Positions 24,500-37,020 of a stretch of 64,000 nucleotides of DNA are shown in pieces. Within the stretch, counting starts at the first letter, position 1. The number at the start of each line of letters is the position of its first letter. The notes under the pieces were generated by a model that saw only the letters and a program-made list of their open reading frames with translations, ran no database searches and was not told where the DNA came from. The position numbers were made by a program, and so were the translations under genes. Source of the stretch: Octopus sinensis (Eukaryota); contig NC_042998.1 in the NCBI RefSeq assembly GCF_006345805.1, positions 56,854,001-56,918,000 of the forward strand, written 5' to 3'.

Positions 24500-24725
24500 T
24501 AAATATACTCTACTTCCTTATTTAGATACTTCTACACATATATATATATCCCACCAGGAAACACACATACAGCACTACCCCTCTATGCCTGCTTTCAAAC
24601 ACTGTGACACTTCTATGCTTGTATACACACACCATTTTAACTTCTCCCATAGAACAGTTCTCCTACCTGGTTTCCAACTTTCTGATGGTTACTTTTAATG
24701 ACTAATTCTCTTTCACACTCCCTCT

Positions 24726-24783
<58 letters not shown>

Positions 24784-24930
24784 ATCTCTATTCTGATGAA
24801 GTATTGACGTCCGAAACTTTATACCGCTTTCTATTGGAATTCATGCGTTAAGCTAATGCCCGTATTTGTTAAACCTTGTTCCTCCTGTGTTGTGTGGCTT
24901 CTTTTATTGTTCATTGTATTAACAACACTT
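24500..24930 (+). mobile_element. Penelope-like 3' region with degenerate hammerhead core
   Basis: CTGATGAAG...CCGAAAC at 24793-24817, followed by a tail analogous to family F; stems II and III are broken. Confidence 0.4.
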
Positions 24931-24957
24931 ACAGACATAGACACACAGACCCATACG

Positions 24958-24990
<33 letters not shown>

Positions 24991-26350
24991 TACACACACA
25001 CACACACTCACACACAAATAAGCATTTCCCCTCCCACAAACAGACATAGACGCACACACACATACGGAGATCATATTTTTTTCAGAAAGAAACTACTTTG
25101 CCTTGAGATTTATATATATATATATATATATATATTGCTTTTATACCATGACATACTTTTCTCGCATCCTCCATTTTATGTTTAATGAGCAGACTATATG
25201 AAATTACAATTATAGCATCTCTTGGAGCAAAGAAACATATCTATATACGTATTGCTATTTATACATATACATACATGTCTACTGATATGTGTGTATATTA
25301 AAACACATCCCTCCCAGGTTTTCTTCTTGATGTGCTCATTGCCTGAACCGACACGCACACTCTTGTACACACACACACACGCACACACATACACACATAC
25401 ACATACATACACACACATACTTACATACAGATATAAATAATTTCTTCTTAACCTCTTCCCCTTTCTTCTAATTCTCCTTTCCCTAAATATTATTATCATT
25501 AAGAAATCTGACATATTTAGATATAAAATATTAAGCTGTCCCGCTAGTACATTATATTTGGGGTCACGGTAAAAAAGTACATCTGGTTCGCGGAATATAT
25601 ATTTGTCAGTCTTTAATGATTTGACGTGACAGAGCTAAAAATAATTAAGCCCCTAACTCTTCCAGAAGGAACTGACATTCCGCTGAGAGGATGTGTTACC
25701 TTACAGAATATTGTTTTAAAATGTTTATTTTACATTTTTTCTTCATCTTTATTCTTTCGACATTAAAGAAAATGTGTAATCACGCGAATTCTTGGTTTTC
25801 AGCTGGGATTACATCTGAAATATACCCGCCTTGTTTCCTCCCATTGGTACCAGAGGAGACCTCTGTATGATCTCTCAATTGCTAGAAATAGTAACCAAAT
25901 TCTTCTCATTCAGTATAGTCACTGTCTTATAGGAAGATGAGGTTGTCATGTCTGGAGCGTCTTTGACTGGATCAGGGTTGAAATGGGGCTAAACAGTAAC
26001 ATCAACGTGTACAAACGAGCTAATGGAAGAGTCTCTATGCGATCATTCAACATCCACGAACAACCATTCCGGACACTCCGACCGTGACCAATATTTTTTC
26101 GGAAGTAGGTTTATTTTATCTGGTGTGATCTATTACTATTTTTTAAAAGATGTTTTAATGTGTAATTCGAGGAATGTGAACGTTGTTTCTAGCGACCTCA
26201 AAGAGATTTTGGCATTGGTTCGTAACAATATGGGTTTGTTATTTTAGTGTAAATTGAAATGGTGTTATCGTGGATTTGTGTTTGTGTATATATGGTTTAT
26301 GTACACAAACACGCACACACACAAACACACACACACACACCACACACACA

Positions 26351-26394
<44 letters not shown>

Positions 26395-26397
26395 GGA

Positions 26398-26722
26398 TAA
26401 CGACCCCCTTCGGTCATGAATGGCTATGGGGTTGCAACTAGAAAGTTACCCCGCAAGGCACAGGTCCGAGCAAGGTTTTTATGGAAGGCCAGCAGTCGCC
26501 CATGCATACCTGCCTCCCCTCTCCACTCCACCGATGTTATTCAAGGGAAAGGCAAAGGCCGATACAGCTTGGTACCGTAACGTCTCAACTCATTTCTACA
26601 GCTGAGTGAACTGGAGCAACGCGAAATAAAGTTCTTGCTCAAGAACACAACACACAGCCAAGTCCAGGAATCGAACTCCCCACCTCATGATTGTGAGCCA
26701 GACGTTCTAACCACTGAGGCAT
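26398..26722 (-). mobile_element. SINE family C, body type 1
   Basis: Homologous along its length to 3797-4119. Confidence 0.85.
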
Positions 26723-26728
26723 ATATAT

Positions 26729-27758
26729 ATATATATATATATATAAATGTTTTATTGCTTATGAAAAGCTCAAAATGCTTTAAAAAGTGATGATCAGTAG
26801 GAGAGATATCAGGGAAATAGGGAGGATGTTGCAAAATATCAATTCAGGCTTAGCAACTTTTGAACCGTAGATTGAAGAATGTGAGGACGTTCATTGTTGT
26901 GGAGCAAAATTGGGCCATCACTATTCACTAGTCTGGGTTGCTTCTTTTTCAAATTCTCATGCATACAATCAATTTCCTGGCAATACGATGTTGCTGTTAC
27001 CGTTTTTCCTTGTTGCAAAAATGAATAATGAATGATCAGTATATTTTTAGGGTGCAATGGTGGTTTTGGGTAGTATTTAGGTGACCCTCTTCATCTAATC
27101 ACTGTCCTGTTCTCCTGCTGTTGTCAAAGAGTATCCATTTCTCATCACAAGTAATGATTTGATGCAAAAAATGGTCTTTTTACCAGTCGATAAAGCAATA
27201 AGGAGCACACTTCGAGGTATCTGTTTTTGTTTTGAATCTAGTTCAGTTGATGTGGAACAAACCTATTTGTTTTCTTGACTTTTCCAATTTTTTACAGGTG
27301 TCCAAAAACAGTTGTGCAAAATGTTTGGAATTCTTATGAAAGTTTTCGAACCTTTGTTCTCGAATTTTGTTCAACCAAAGCATTTAATCCATCATGCTGA
27401 ATAACTGGTTTTGGCCTACCCCTTGGTTTATTTTCAAGTCTATCATCTCCTGAACGAGAGCTTTAGAACCATCTCTGAACAGTTCTAACGTCAACAAAAC
27501 CATTACCAAAGGTCCGCTTGATATTCCGTAGAGCTTCTACGGCAGAGTGACCGAGTTTGTACTCATAACGAGAAAATCACTCACCACAATTTGGTTGTTA
27601 TCCTTTTCATAAGGTCTGTGGGTACGAATTTTGTATACCAATATTGTTGGGAAAGAAAAAGAATCAAGATTAAATGCAAGGTATACTAAATTGAATTTTT
27701 AAGTGATTGAAATAAGAAATAATTAAAAATGCGGCATTTCATGTGAAACAACCTAATA
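26729..27758 (-). mobile_element. Decayed mariner (Tc1/mariner) DNA transposon
   Basis: Motifs IITCDEKWILFDN, LLHNNERPH and QHPPYFPDISPTDHHF; TIR-like end tattaggttgtttcacatgaaatgccgc resembling mariner TIRs; the other end is lost. Confidence 0.85.
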
Positions 27759-28310
27759 TATATTGTAAAAAAAAAAGGATTCCGATTATCTCCACCTGGT
27801 GAGTTCTAATGCGAAAAAGATATATAGATAGTAAAAGGAGGAAAATACACACAGTTTACATCTATATTATAATGGAGAAACCTGCTTATTGACTATGTAT
27901 GTAACAGTTACTAAAAGAAAGCAATTATTAAAGGCTTGACTGTCTGGGAGTTTTTTTTATAAATTCATATTCAAAGAAATTTCCTATAATTTCGATTTAA
28001 GTTTATTGAACTTTTGAACTCCAATTTTTCCCAAATTTAAATATTCGTTGAATTAACTGCGGAGTATTCCCTTTTCATTTGCAAAGCCTCTCACTCTCTG
28101 TTTCAATGTTTTTATTCAAGCTTTTATTCGCTATTTACAAAAAACCATCATTTATTCTATATACATAATGTATATTATTTATTGAATGTACATTATTTAT
28201 TGAATGACATTTTTTTAATATATCGGTATAATTTTTGTAAAAAAAAAATAAATTAAGAAGTGATTTTGTTGTCGTGGCTGTTTGGAACGCTATAAGCCTT
28301 ACAACAATAA

Positions 28311-29450
28311 CTATCTAGACCGATTTTGGCCATTTTTAAAAACTAAAAAAACCATGGGATGAGACTTTACGGTAAAAAAAAGAAAATTGTACTTATTTTC
28401 AGAGGAAGAGGTGAACAATTTAAAGGAGGTTTGGCTGTTTTTTCTAGCACAACCCAAACCACCCTCCTTTTTCACTCTAACAGGTATTGATGTTTTTTTC
28501 AATATTTTTCTCCCATTAAACAATTTTAAGGAATGATGTTGCCAGAGTAACACACGTGTGGTCCATTGGTGAAATATAAAGAACAACAAAAAAGTTGTAA
28601 TCTAAATTTTTACCTCCACCTCAACTGGACGAGGCCGTGTGTGTAAGAAAAAAATATTTTCAAACAGAAAAGTATGCTATTAAAATTAATTATCGTTTAT
28701 GTAACTCCTTTTTAAAATTAGTGTGAATAAATGCCAGTAATGACCTTTTCAGACTCTCCAGTATTCTAAATTATAACAGAACCAATCGGGGGCAGAGAGT
28801 GGGGTTGCAAAAAAATCATAATTTTTCAAATTTTAGTTTTTATAACATATAAATGTATTCATGGGGAGAAAAATATTGAAAAAGACCAATGCATGCGAGA
28901 GTGATAAAGAAACAAGGAGAGTTGTCTTGGGATGTGCTAGAAACAACGTGGGATGATGAGGGAGGAGGCTTGTTGTAAAAAATTGTTTTCAAAACTTATT
29001 TTTATACAAAGATGTCCCCACCCATTAATTCGAAGGTTGTGGTTTAAAAAACGTGAGGGAAATCCCTGTCAAAACAGAGCAGATCTAAGTTATTTGGTAT
29101 TCCGGATCCGAAACTTCATTTTACCTAAAGTCCTCTTCCCAACCCCTCGGAAAAAAATTTCCCCATAAATTTCTTTATAATCGCAATCTATGCCGTTTGA
29201 AAGTTATTTGTATTAAACTTTCTTTAAAAGATAACCATTTTCCTGAAAGTTATGAGGGAAAAAAGTCGGATCATGTGAATTTTCCGAAACTCCTCTCTCC
29301 ACCCTGTCGGAAAAATTCTTTCCCATAAATCCCTATATACTTTGAAGCTATATCATCTAAGCGGCAATTGTAGAAAATTTTGTTAAACAGTATCTATTTC
29401 TCTGAATGTTACGAGGCAACATAGTCGGGCGCGTATACATCTATGATATT
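28311..29450. mobile_element. Unclassified old non-coding repeat with ~155-bp degenerate internal tandem units
   Basis: cctct..cc.accc.tcggaaaaa.tt..cccataaat recurs at ~29133 and ~29291; internal tandem units are typical of Helentron-like non-autonomous elements (inference). Confidence 0.35.
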
Positions 29451-29789
29451 CACTTTTATCTATGCGATTTTTAAATTTATGTTTATTTCATTCATTGTTT
29501 GCAATGTTCTCTCTCCCCCCCTTTCTCTCACACACACATGCACAATGCAAAGCTTACAGATGTGCTACTGAATTAAAATTTTTATGTTGCCTTGAGGGGA
29601 AAGTAAAACTCGACAAACTGCTTCCTCTCCGTAGTTGGACTACCTTGATGTTTGCTTAAAAAAGAGAGATTATGAGTGCAATAAAATAATGAAAGCAATA
29701 TTTAGTAAGTAAGTGAGCACTATTATGTAAAGAAATAATTGGACGTAAAATATTATAAAATTATTAGAACTGGGAATCAAGTGGTTTGC

Positions 29790-31270
29790 AGAAAACCGCC
29801 TGGAGCGCGGTCTTTTTGCTAGTAGTTTTAATATATTTTAAATGATAAAATATTGTGGTAGTCGACCAGTTTCGCGTTTCGCTAATCATAACATTGATAT
29901 TATTGTGACTTCGTTTTTTCTTTAAAAATTTTTAGTCCATTTTCTCATATGAAAGTTCGTGAATAAATCAATAAGTAGAAAATTCTAAGGGGAGGTAATT
30001 GGTGATTGTTATTATTCGGGACTGAGGAGGTAATTGCTCACTTTTTGCGGGTGTTAAATTGACATAATATAAACTCATGAGCTAAAATAGTGAAATGAAA
30101 TATATACAGTGATGGAAAGCGATCATGAATTGAAATAAGTACTGAGACCAAATACTTTCATATTTGGGCGTGTTCTATATTTTACGATAAATAAATTTAC
30201 TTTATCTAAACGTTCTAGTAAAGAAATTGTTTCCTTGCACTGGTAGATGAGGAAAAACCGTGAAATTTGACTGAAGATTCCCTGCACACCTCTCTCTGTG
30301 TTCACTCAAAGGTATCTGTCTATACCTAGGGAAACGGATCTGTTCCCTATGCAGTGTTGTTCTCTGTCTAAGTGATTACTTGTCTGTCCTTTATATTTGG
30401 GTATACATCCTGAAAAAGTTATAACATAAATTAAATTCTCGGATGCACAAGTGAAGTTGGTATTAATTGTGAGCCTCTCTCCTTGTTTGAAGTGGAATTC
30501 CGAGCCTTTCAGTAGGCTGGGGCATGTTCCACAGTTTGAACATTCACATTTTTTAACTATTGGTTTCGTGGTTGTGTATAGCTTTGCATTTGTCAATAAT
30601 CTTTTCAGCGATTTGGGTTACATTTTACATTTCATGAAGTTATGTATTTTAAGAATGTAGTTCATCTTTGGTTCCCTAGTGAGCATTAATAGTTTTTGCA
30701 CAATGGCGTTGTATGCCTCATTGTTTCTAGGGTTGTGAATCGATACACATATACTGTTTTGAGATGAGGTGTGAGGTTTCCCTTAGTGTTTTAATGCCTA
30801 TTTTCTTGGCATGTTTAATTCCATTATCTATAAGTGAGGGTGGATAGTGTCTCTCCATTAGTATTGTTCTGAGGTCTTGAAGATAGAGGTCCCGATTATT
30901 TCCATTAGACACTATTGTGCAAATAAATCCTTTTCGGGGGACATGAGCTAAACAAGATATTGTTTCGAGTCCCGATAGTTTGTGATAAATGTCGGTTACA
31001 ATTTGGTTGTTGACTTTTATTTTTATCAGAATGTCTAAAATGTCTAAGAAAGTGAGCTGTCTTTTGCTATGTTTCATTGTATGCTGAATGTTTGGATTTA
31101 TACTATTTAGTATTCAATTAAATTCCAAACTTTTATCAATAGTCTCATTCCAAATGATAAAGAAGTCATCCAGATATCCTCTCCAATTATCTCTTATATA
31201 ATGGTGAAAAGAGTATCTATATTTTTGTAGTGATACATCATATATGGTGAAATCAAAATATACCATTATT
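29790..31270 (-). mobile_element. Penelope-like element relic (RT C-terminal part + Cys-rich linker + GIY-YIG endonuclease)
   Basis: RGYLDDFFIIW, LTFLDI..I, TDIYHK, RHYPPSLIDNGI, KKCECSNCGTC, FTCASENLIYVIT..GC..YKGQT; broken by frameshifts. Confidence 0.9.
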
Positions 31271-31354
31271 AAGCTCGCATGAGCACACACACACACACAC
31301 ACTCACACACACACAGACACACAGACACACACACAAACACACACACACACACAC

Positions 31355-31395
<41 letters not shown>

Positions 31396-31654
31396 ATATA
31401 TACAAATGTATATTTATATATATACAAATACATACACACATCTTCAACTTTTACAAGAGTGGTAACAATAAGTTCGTTCGAATTTTCGGCACGTTAACTT
31501 TCGCTTGACTATCAGACGAAGGGTAGCAGGCCAAAATCCTGAAATCACTTCTTGTAGTTTAATAAACATCTTCTCTAAAGAGTATTCAGCAATCTTGCTT
31601 GATGTTCAATTGTTTATATATAGTATATAGTATATAGTATATAGTATATATATA

Positions 31655-31727
<73 letters not shown>

Positions 31728-31732
<5 letters not shown>

Positions 31733-31831
31733 TGCTCGCTTAGCCAGCGGGGTGGCGTCATCTGAAGGCTAATTGTGACCAGCGCTGTGTAGCAACATCT
31801 CATAGCCTGGTCGGTCACGGTGATCACGGTG

Positions 31832-31835
<4 letters not shown>
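31728..31835 (+). mobile_element. 3' part of SINE family C body type 4
   Basis: Matches 62395-62512 (gcctgctc..tagcca.cggggtggc.tcat.tgaaggcta...gtgatcacg). Confidence 0.7.
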
Positions 31836-31915
<80 letters not shown>

Positions 31916-31941
31916 CATATATATATATACATATATATATA

Positions 31942-31983
<42 letters not shown>

Positions 31984-31984
31984 T

Positions 31985-32031
<47 letters not shown>

Positions 32032-32403
32032 TGAAACTGAAACGGCGTGTTTGTCTCTTGACTTAAATGTCACGGTATTGCGATCTCAGTTTCACACAAC
32101 TACTTGTGTGAAACTCGAGTGGTGAGACAAACTGTTTCATTTTCATTAAAATAAACTATATCTTCTATTCTAGAATATGTATTGACCACATCTTTCCCAT
32201 TCGTTCGACAGCAAGCATCGTACACACAGACACACACACACACACACACACATACACATACACACACACACACAAACACGCATCCACACACGCACGCACA
32301 CACACACACACGCGCGCACACACACACATATACATTTACACGTATTCAGTCGATCTGTCAGATACAACAGCCATTTCTCATTCTCAAATACTAATATCTA
32401 CCT

Positions 32404-32913
32404 TCTTATATAACTCCAAGACACATAATGTGGTCAAACATACATCATCTCGAAAGAGTTCAGGAGCTGGCTACCCGCATAGTTCTTGGTCTCAAGCATT
32501 TGTCTTATGAAGAAAGACTGAAGACGCTCGACCTTTATTCTCTCGAAAAACGACGACACCGTGGTGATCTCATTCTCGCTCACAACATCATAAGCGGAAA
32601 GTGTAACCTCTCGAAAGAGCTGTTCTTTACTCCTGCTTCAGAGCGTGGGCTGCGGGGTCACTCTGAAAAACTATCTACGACGATTTCATCTCAATCGAAG
32701 GAGAGGGGCTTTCTCCGCCCAAGTTGCGGATTCGTGGAATAAGCTGCCGGACGAGATAGTGAAGATGCCGACGACCGCTCGGTTCAAAGTCTCTCTTGAC
32801 CAGAAATGTCCTGAACTCTTTGTATGACCACCTTCGCTGTACATAACTCCCTGTCCCCCTACATGGCCTTGCTTTTTGCTTTTTGAGCCAATAAAAATTG
32901 AATTGAATTGAAT
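32404..32913 (+). mobile_element. CR1-group LINE 3' end
   Basis: HLERVQELATRIVLGLKHLSYEERLKTLDLYSLEKRRHRGDLI..., SWNKLPDEIV; (AATTG)n tail. Confidence 0.9.
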
Positions 32914-33049
32914 TCCTATCTAAAACAGAACGACGCTTGAAGAAATGCCTCTTATTATAGATTAACTCGGTTTACCATAGAACGAAAGAACAACCTCCTC
33001 CCGGAAATAGCGAGAAGTTGACGATATTAAAACTAGTTTTGAAGCTGAC

Positions 33050-33215
33050 AAGCTGGCACAATGGTTAGCTCGTCGGACAAAATGCGTAGTAACATTTCTT
33101 CTGATGCTTTACATTCTGAGTTCAAATTCTGTCTAGGTCGACTTGGCCTTTCAGCCTTTGGTGGTCGAAAAAATAAGTATCAGTTAAGCAGCGGGGTCGA
33201 CGTAATCGACTCACT
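33050..33215 (+). mobile_element. Diverged SINE family A
   Basis: Head aagctggcacaatgg, then gagttcaaattc and central domain. Confidence 0.7.
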
Positions 33216-33896
33216 GAATAAATATTAGATTCAATTTAGTCTGAAGTTTCAACGCTTTGAGTTCAAATCTGACCTGGGTCAACCTTGTCATTCATCCTTC
33301 CAAAGCGTTACAACCACTAACTCGCACAAACGCTGTTTCCTTCACCTGCTCCCCCTGTCACTTCATAAAACCACATTTTTCCTTTCATGCCAACTCGCCC
33401 TCCTCTCTTGCCAACTCGCTTCACTCATCTTCCTTTTCTTAGCTCTTAATGTTTCTCACTCGCCTGTCCCTGCACTACCGACCTTGTTCAATCCTTCTTC
33501 TACTCAACTAGAATTCTGAATTTCTGAATAACCGACACGACTATACTTTTCCTATAGACACCGGCCAACATAGATCCATGTAAAACACTAACCATATCAG
33601 TCATCAGAGTTTGGAAGCTTTCGTAAAATTTCAACATACTATTTCTCTTTCTCTTGACTATTTCATTAGAAAATTCAAGATTCCATGCTACATTTGCAGA
33701 GATTTTGGCAAGTAACATATATTTATATTCTCACATGAATTGCGTCACATGCTACAAAAATTATATACCATTCTTTGTAAGGCGTTCTTCACTAATGTAA
33801 TATCTACTCTATATTTATTATTGATATTTGAATAAAAGTAGACTTCTCAGTATATTTATCGAAATAGATATCTTTAAGTTTATCAATACTCTTTCA

Positions 33897-34009
<113 letters not shown>

Positions 34010-34519
34010 GCCTACTTATCTGTCTTATTATCTAGTTATCAATTTACTGACTTCTCTCTCTCTCTCTCTCTCTCCATACCACACATCACTCTCCCAATTA
34101 ACCTATCTACCTGTCCACATACCTTTCTACCTTACAATATTACCTTACTTTCTTACACGCTCTCTCTTCTTTATTTGTCTTTAATTTTATCTAATACATT
34201 TCTAACAACCGACCTATCTACATGCTTTACCTACCTACTTATCTATCAATTTATCTGAATTACTATTGCCCTACTTGCCTATCTACCCATATACCTAGCT
34301 AGTTAGCTATCAACCAATCTTTCTCTCTCACTTTTTTACTCTCTCTCCTCACACACACACACACACACACCACACTCACACTCACGCACACTTTCTATTT
34401 ATCTAGCTTGGAGACATAACATGTTTATTGAGAGCTAATGGGAATCTAAAACTGTTTCCTGCTTTTCTGGTTTTCCATTCTCGAGAAGAAAGGAATGAAA
34501 GGGAAGATTTATCATCACC

Positions 34520-34571
34520 ATTATTATTATTATCATTATTATTATTATTATTGTTGTTGTTGTTAGTAGAA

Positions 34572-34605
<34 letters not shown>

Positions 34606-34609
34606 CAGT

Positions 34610-34694
<85 letters not shown>
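34520..34694. repeat. Compound (ATT)(GTT)(AGT)(AGC)n microsatellite
   Basis: Read directly. Confidence 0.95.
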
Positions 34695-35539
34695 AGAGCA
34701 TTAGGAATTAGAAGAGAAAGATTGGATAGAGTTCTTACTTGCACTTTTAGAAGTGCCCCCGCCCTCTTCATCAAGTCTATAGGTCACAGAAAGAAGCTGG
34801 ACGAATTCGTTACGAGAGTGACCGAGCAAGCTGCAAAAACTACCCGAGGCGACTGTTGATCGTATCATTTATTCATTGATGACTTACAAAATTGCAATTA
34901 AGGAGAGCAGCGAGGGGGATATTTGCACACCACGCAGGTCAACTAGAAAGACATTCAATGAAAGACGAACCTCATCGAAGGAAACGTAAACAAACCAGAT
35001 AACTGTTACTTGTTAATATTGTGTATGCACTCTATGATGGCAGATATGATCATCGCAAGTTCGTGTGTGATAAATGTATGGTAGCAATACGTGTTTGCGA
35101 GTGCATGATGTACTTAAGTGTGTGGATGAGTGTACATGTGTGTGTGTGTGTGTGTGTTGTGTGTAATTGAATGTGTGTGTGTATATGAGATATATGTGAG
35201 GGCAGATGAAGGCTGAATGTATGTGTGGGTGTAAGCATACTTAAGTTTGTACTTCTGTTTTTGTTGATTAATGTGAAAAATGTCCTAGATACTATTTCCC
35301 ACGTTATTTAACCAATCATGAGTAATTCTCTCTCTCTCAGACATACACATATATGCGTGGAAATCCGGGCACGTAACGATTTCCAGCGCTCGAGTAGTTC
35401 CGTAACCTCCATTACAAGCAGGTCTCCATTGTGTAAATGCAACTTTACGTCGATAGCGTCAGCGTGAATTAGGGAAGTCCTGAAAATGAATCCATAACTT
35501 CGGATCGGTCATACATACATACATACAAACATACATACC

Positions 35540-35580
<41 letters not shown>

Positions 35581-35719
35581 CGGAGATGTACTCGCATAGC
35601 AAGTAATTTGATGATCTGAGATCTGTGCTGAACGAAAACAATTGCAGCGTGGAAGGTGTTTATAAGCCATTTAAGAAACACACAAAAGCCGTTCGATTCA
35701 CTTCAACATTTAAGTTTAA

Positions 35720-35769
35720 TTTGTCAAAATATTTTCGTCGCTAAAATCCGCGACCTGTTCACTGACAAA
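35720..35769 (-). ncRNA. Minimal type I hammerhead candidate with G3:C8 core
   Basis: Minus strand TTTGTCA-GTGAACA-G-GTCGC-ggatttta-GCGAC-GAAA-ATATTT-TGACAAA. Confidence 0.6.
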
Positions 35770-35803
35770 GTCCGTACTGCATCACTATAGATGCAGCACG
35801 GAC

Positions 35804-35853
35804 TTTGTCAGTGAACAGGTCGCGGATTTTAGCGACGAAAATATTTTGACAAA
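35804..35853 (+). ncRNA. Minimal type I hammerhead candidate with G3:C8 core (inverted twin)
   Basis: Stem I 35804-35810/35847-35853; core 35811-35817; stem II 35819-35823/35832-35836; GAAA 35837-35840; palindromic AATATT; predicted cut after 35846. Confidence 0.6.
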
Positions 35854-35945
35854 TTAAACTTAAATTTGAAGTGAATCGAACGGCTTTTGTGTGTTTCTTA
35901 AATGGCTTATAAACACCTTCCACGCTGCAATGTTATATATATATA

Positions 35946-35989
<44 letters not shown>

Positions 35990-35990
35990 T

Positions 35991-36411
35991 ATAGGATAAA
36001 ATTTTTTTTTTCGGGAAAAAAATGTTATCAATGGCCAGCATATCAAAAATGCCTTTAAAGTTAAAATTTATTCACAATTTATAAGATAAGGACAGAAGAA
36101 AAATTCTAATGCCAAATATGCCGAAACCCAAAAAGCTTTTGTCGATAACCATTATAATTTATGCGTCTCGAAACAAACCGATAAATCTCTAAAAATTCGT
36201 TATTACCGTATTGGTCCAATTTCGGGGTTAATTCATAAGAAATTTTCTCCTCTTCAGCGGCAAATACGCGAGATATAAATGAAATACTTACTCATACCCA
36301 TGGAAAAAGGTTTGTTTCGAGACGCATAAATTATAATGGTTATCGACAAAATATTTTTTGTTTCGGCATATTTGGCATTAGAATTTTTCTTCTGCCCTTA
36401 TCTTATAAATT
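35991..36411 (-). mobile_element. Fold-back repeat family D (Penelope-pLTR-like)
   Basis: Inverted arms 36076-36179 / 36309-36411 around a 129-nt spacer; ~85-nt extension to (TA)n; homologous to 39058-39370 and 5712-5874. Confidence 0.85.
36198..36268 (-). ncRNA. Type I hammerhead candidate, canonical core
   Basis: CGTATTTGCCG-CTGAAGA-GGAG-loop-CCCC-GAAA-TTGG-A-CCAA-T-A-CGGTAATAACG; triplet AUA. Confidence 0.7.
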
Positions 36412-36428
36412 AATATATTATATTATAT

Positions 36429-36470
<42 letters not shown>

Positions 36471-36883
36471 TTATATATATATATATATATATATTATAAT
36501 ATATACATATACTTTATTTGTGGAGTAACCTGGCTACCATTTGTTTCATGTTAAAAGGGTATATCACTTAGCAATGCGGCGTTGAGCACTCATTCTTACT
36601 GATCAATATTATCCTCTGTGTGTATGTGTGTGTGTGAGTGTGTGTATTTATATACATACATACATACATACATACATACATACATACATACATACATAGT
36701 TAATCCAAACAAGAAAACACAGAAAAAAAACAAAGAAAAAAACACAGCAACGCGAGGACGTGGAACAATTAAAGTATTATTTGACGCTCAGGAAAGAAGG
36801 GAAACATACATACATACATACATACATACATACATACATACATACATACATACATACATACATACATGCATACATACATACAT

Positions 36884-37020
36884 ACCGGGTGTGATGGGTA
36901 AATTCTCGCGATTTTATATTTTAAATTTCGCGCATTGTTTGTTTCATATGCATTTTGGTTTCGTTCATGGTTCATTTAACTCAGTAGATCGATTGATCGA
37001 TTGAAAATACACTGAACAAT
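36884..37020 (+). mobile_element. Possible Tc1/mariner-type terminus
   Basis: taccgggtgtgatgggtaaatt after TA resembles Tc1-like TIR starts; no transposase recognised. Confidence 0.3.

Larger units (their letters stand above)
35578..35931. mobile_element. Fold-back repeat family E, copy 2 (143/142-bp arms, 6-nt loop)
   Basis: 35641-35783 pairs with 35790-35931 with 1 mismatch and a 1-nt indel; ~63-nt extension on the left; (TA)n on both sides. Confidence 0.95.
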
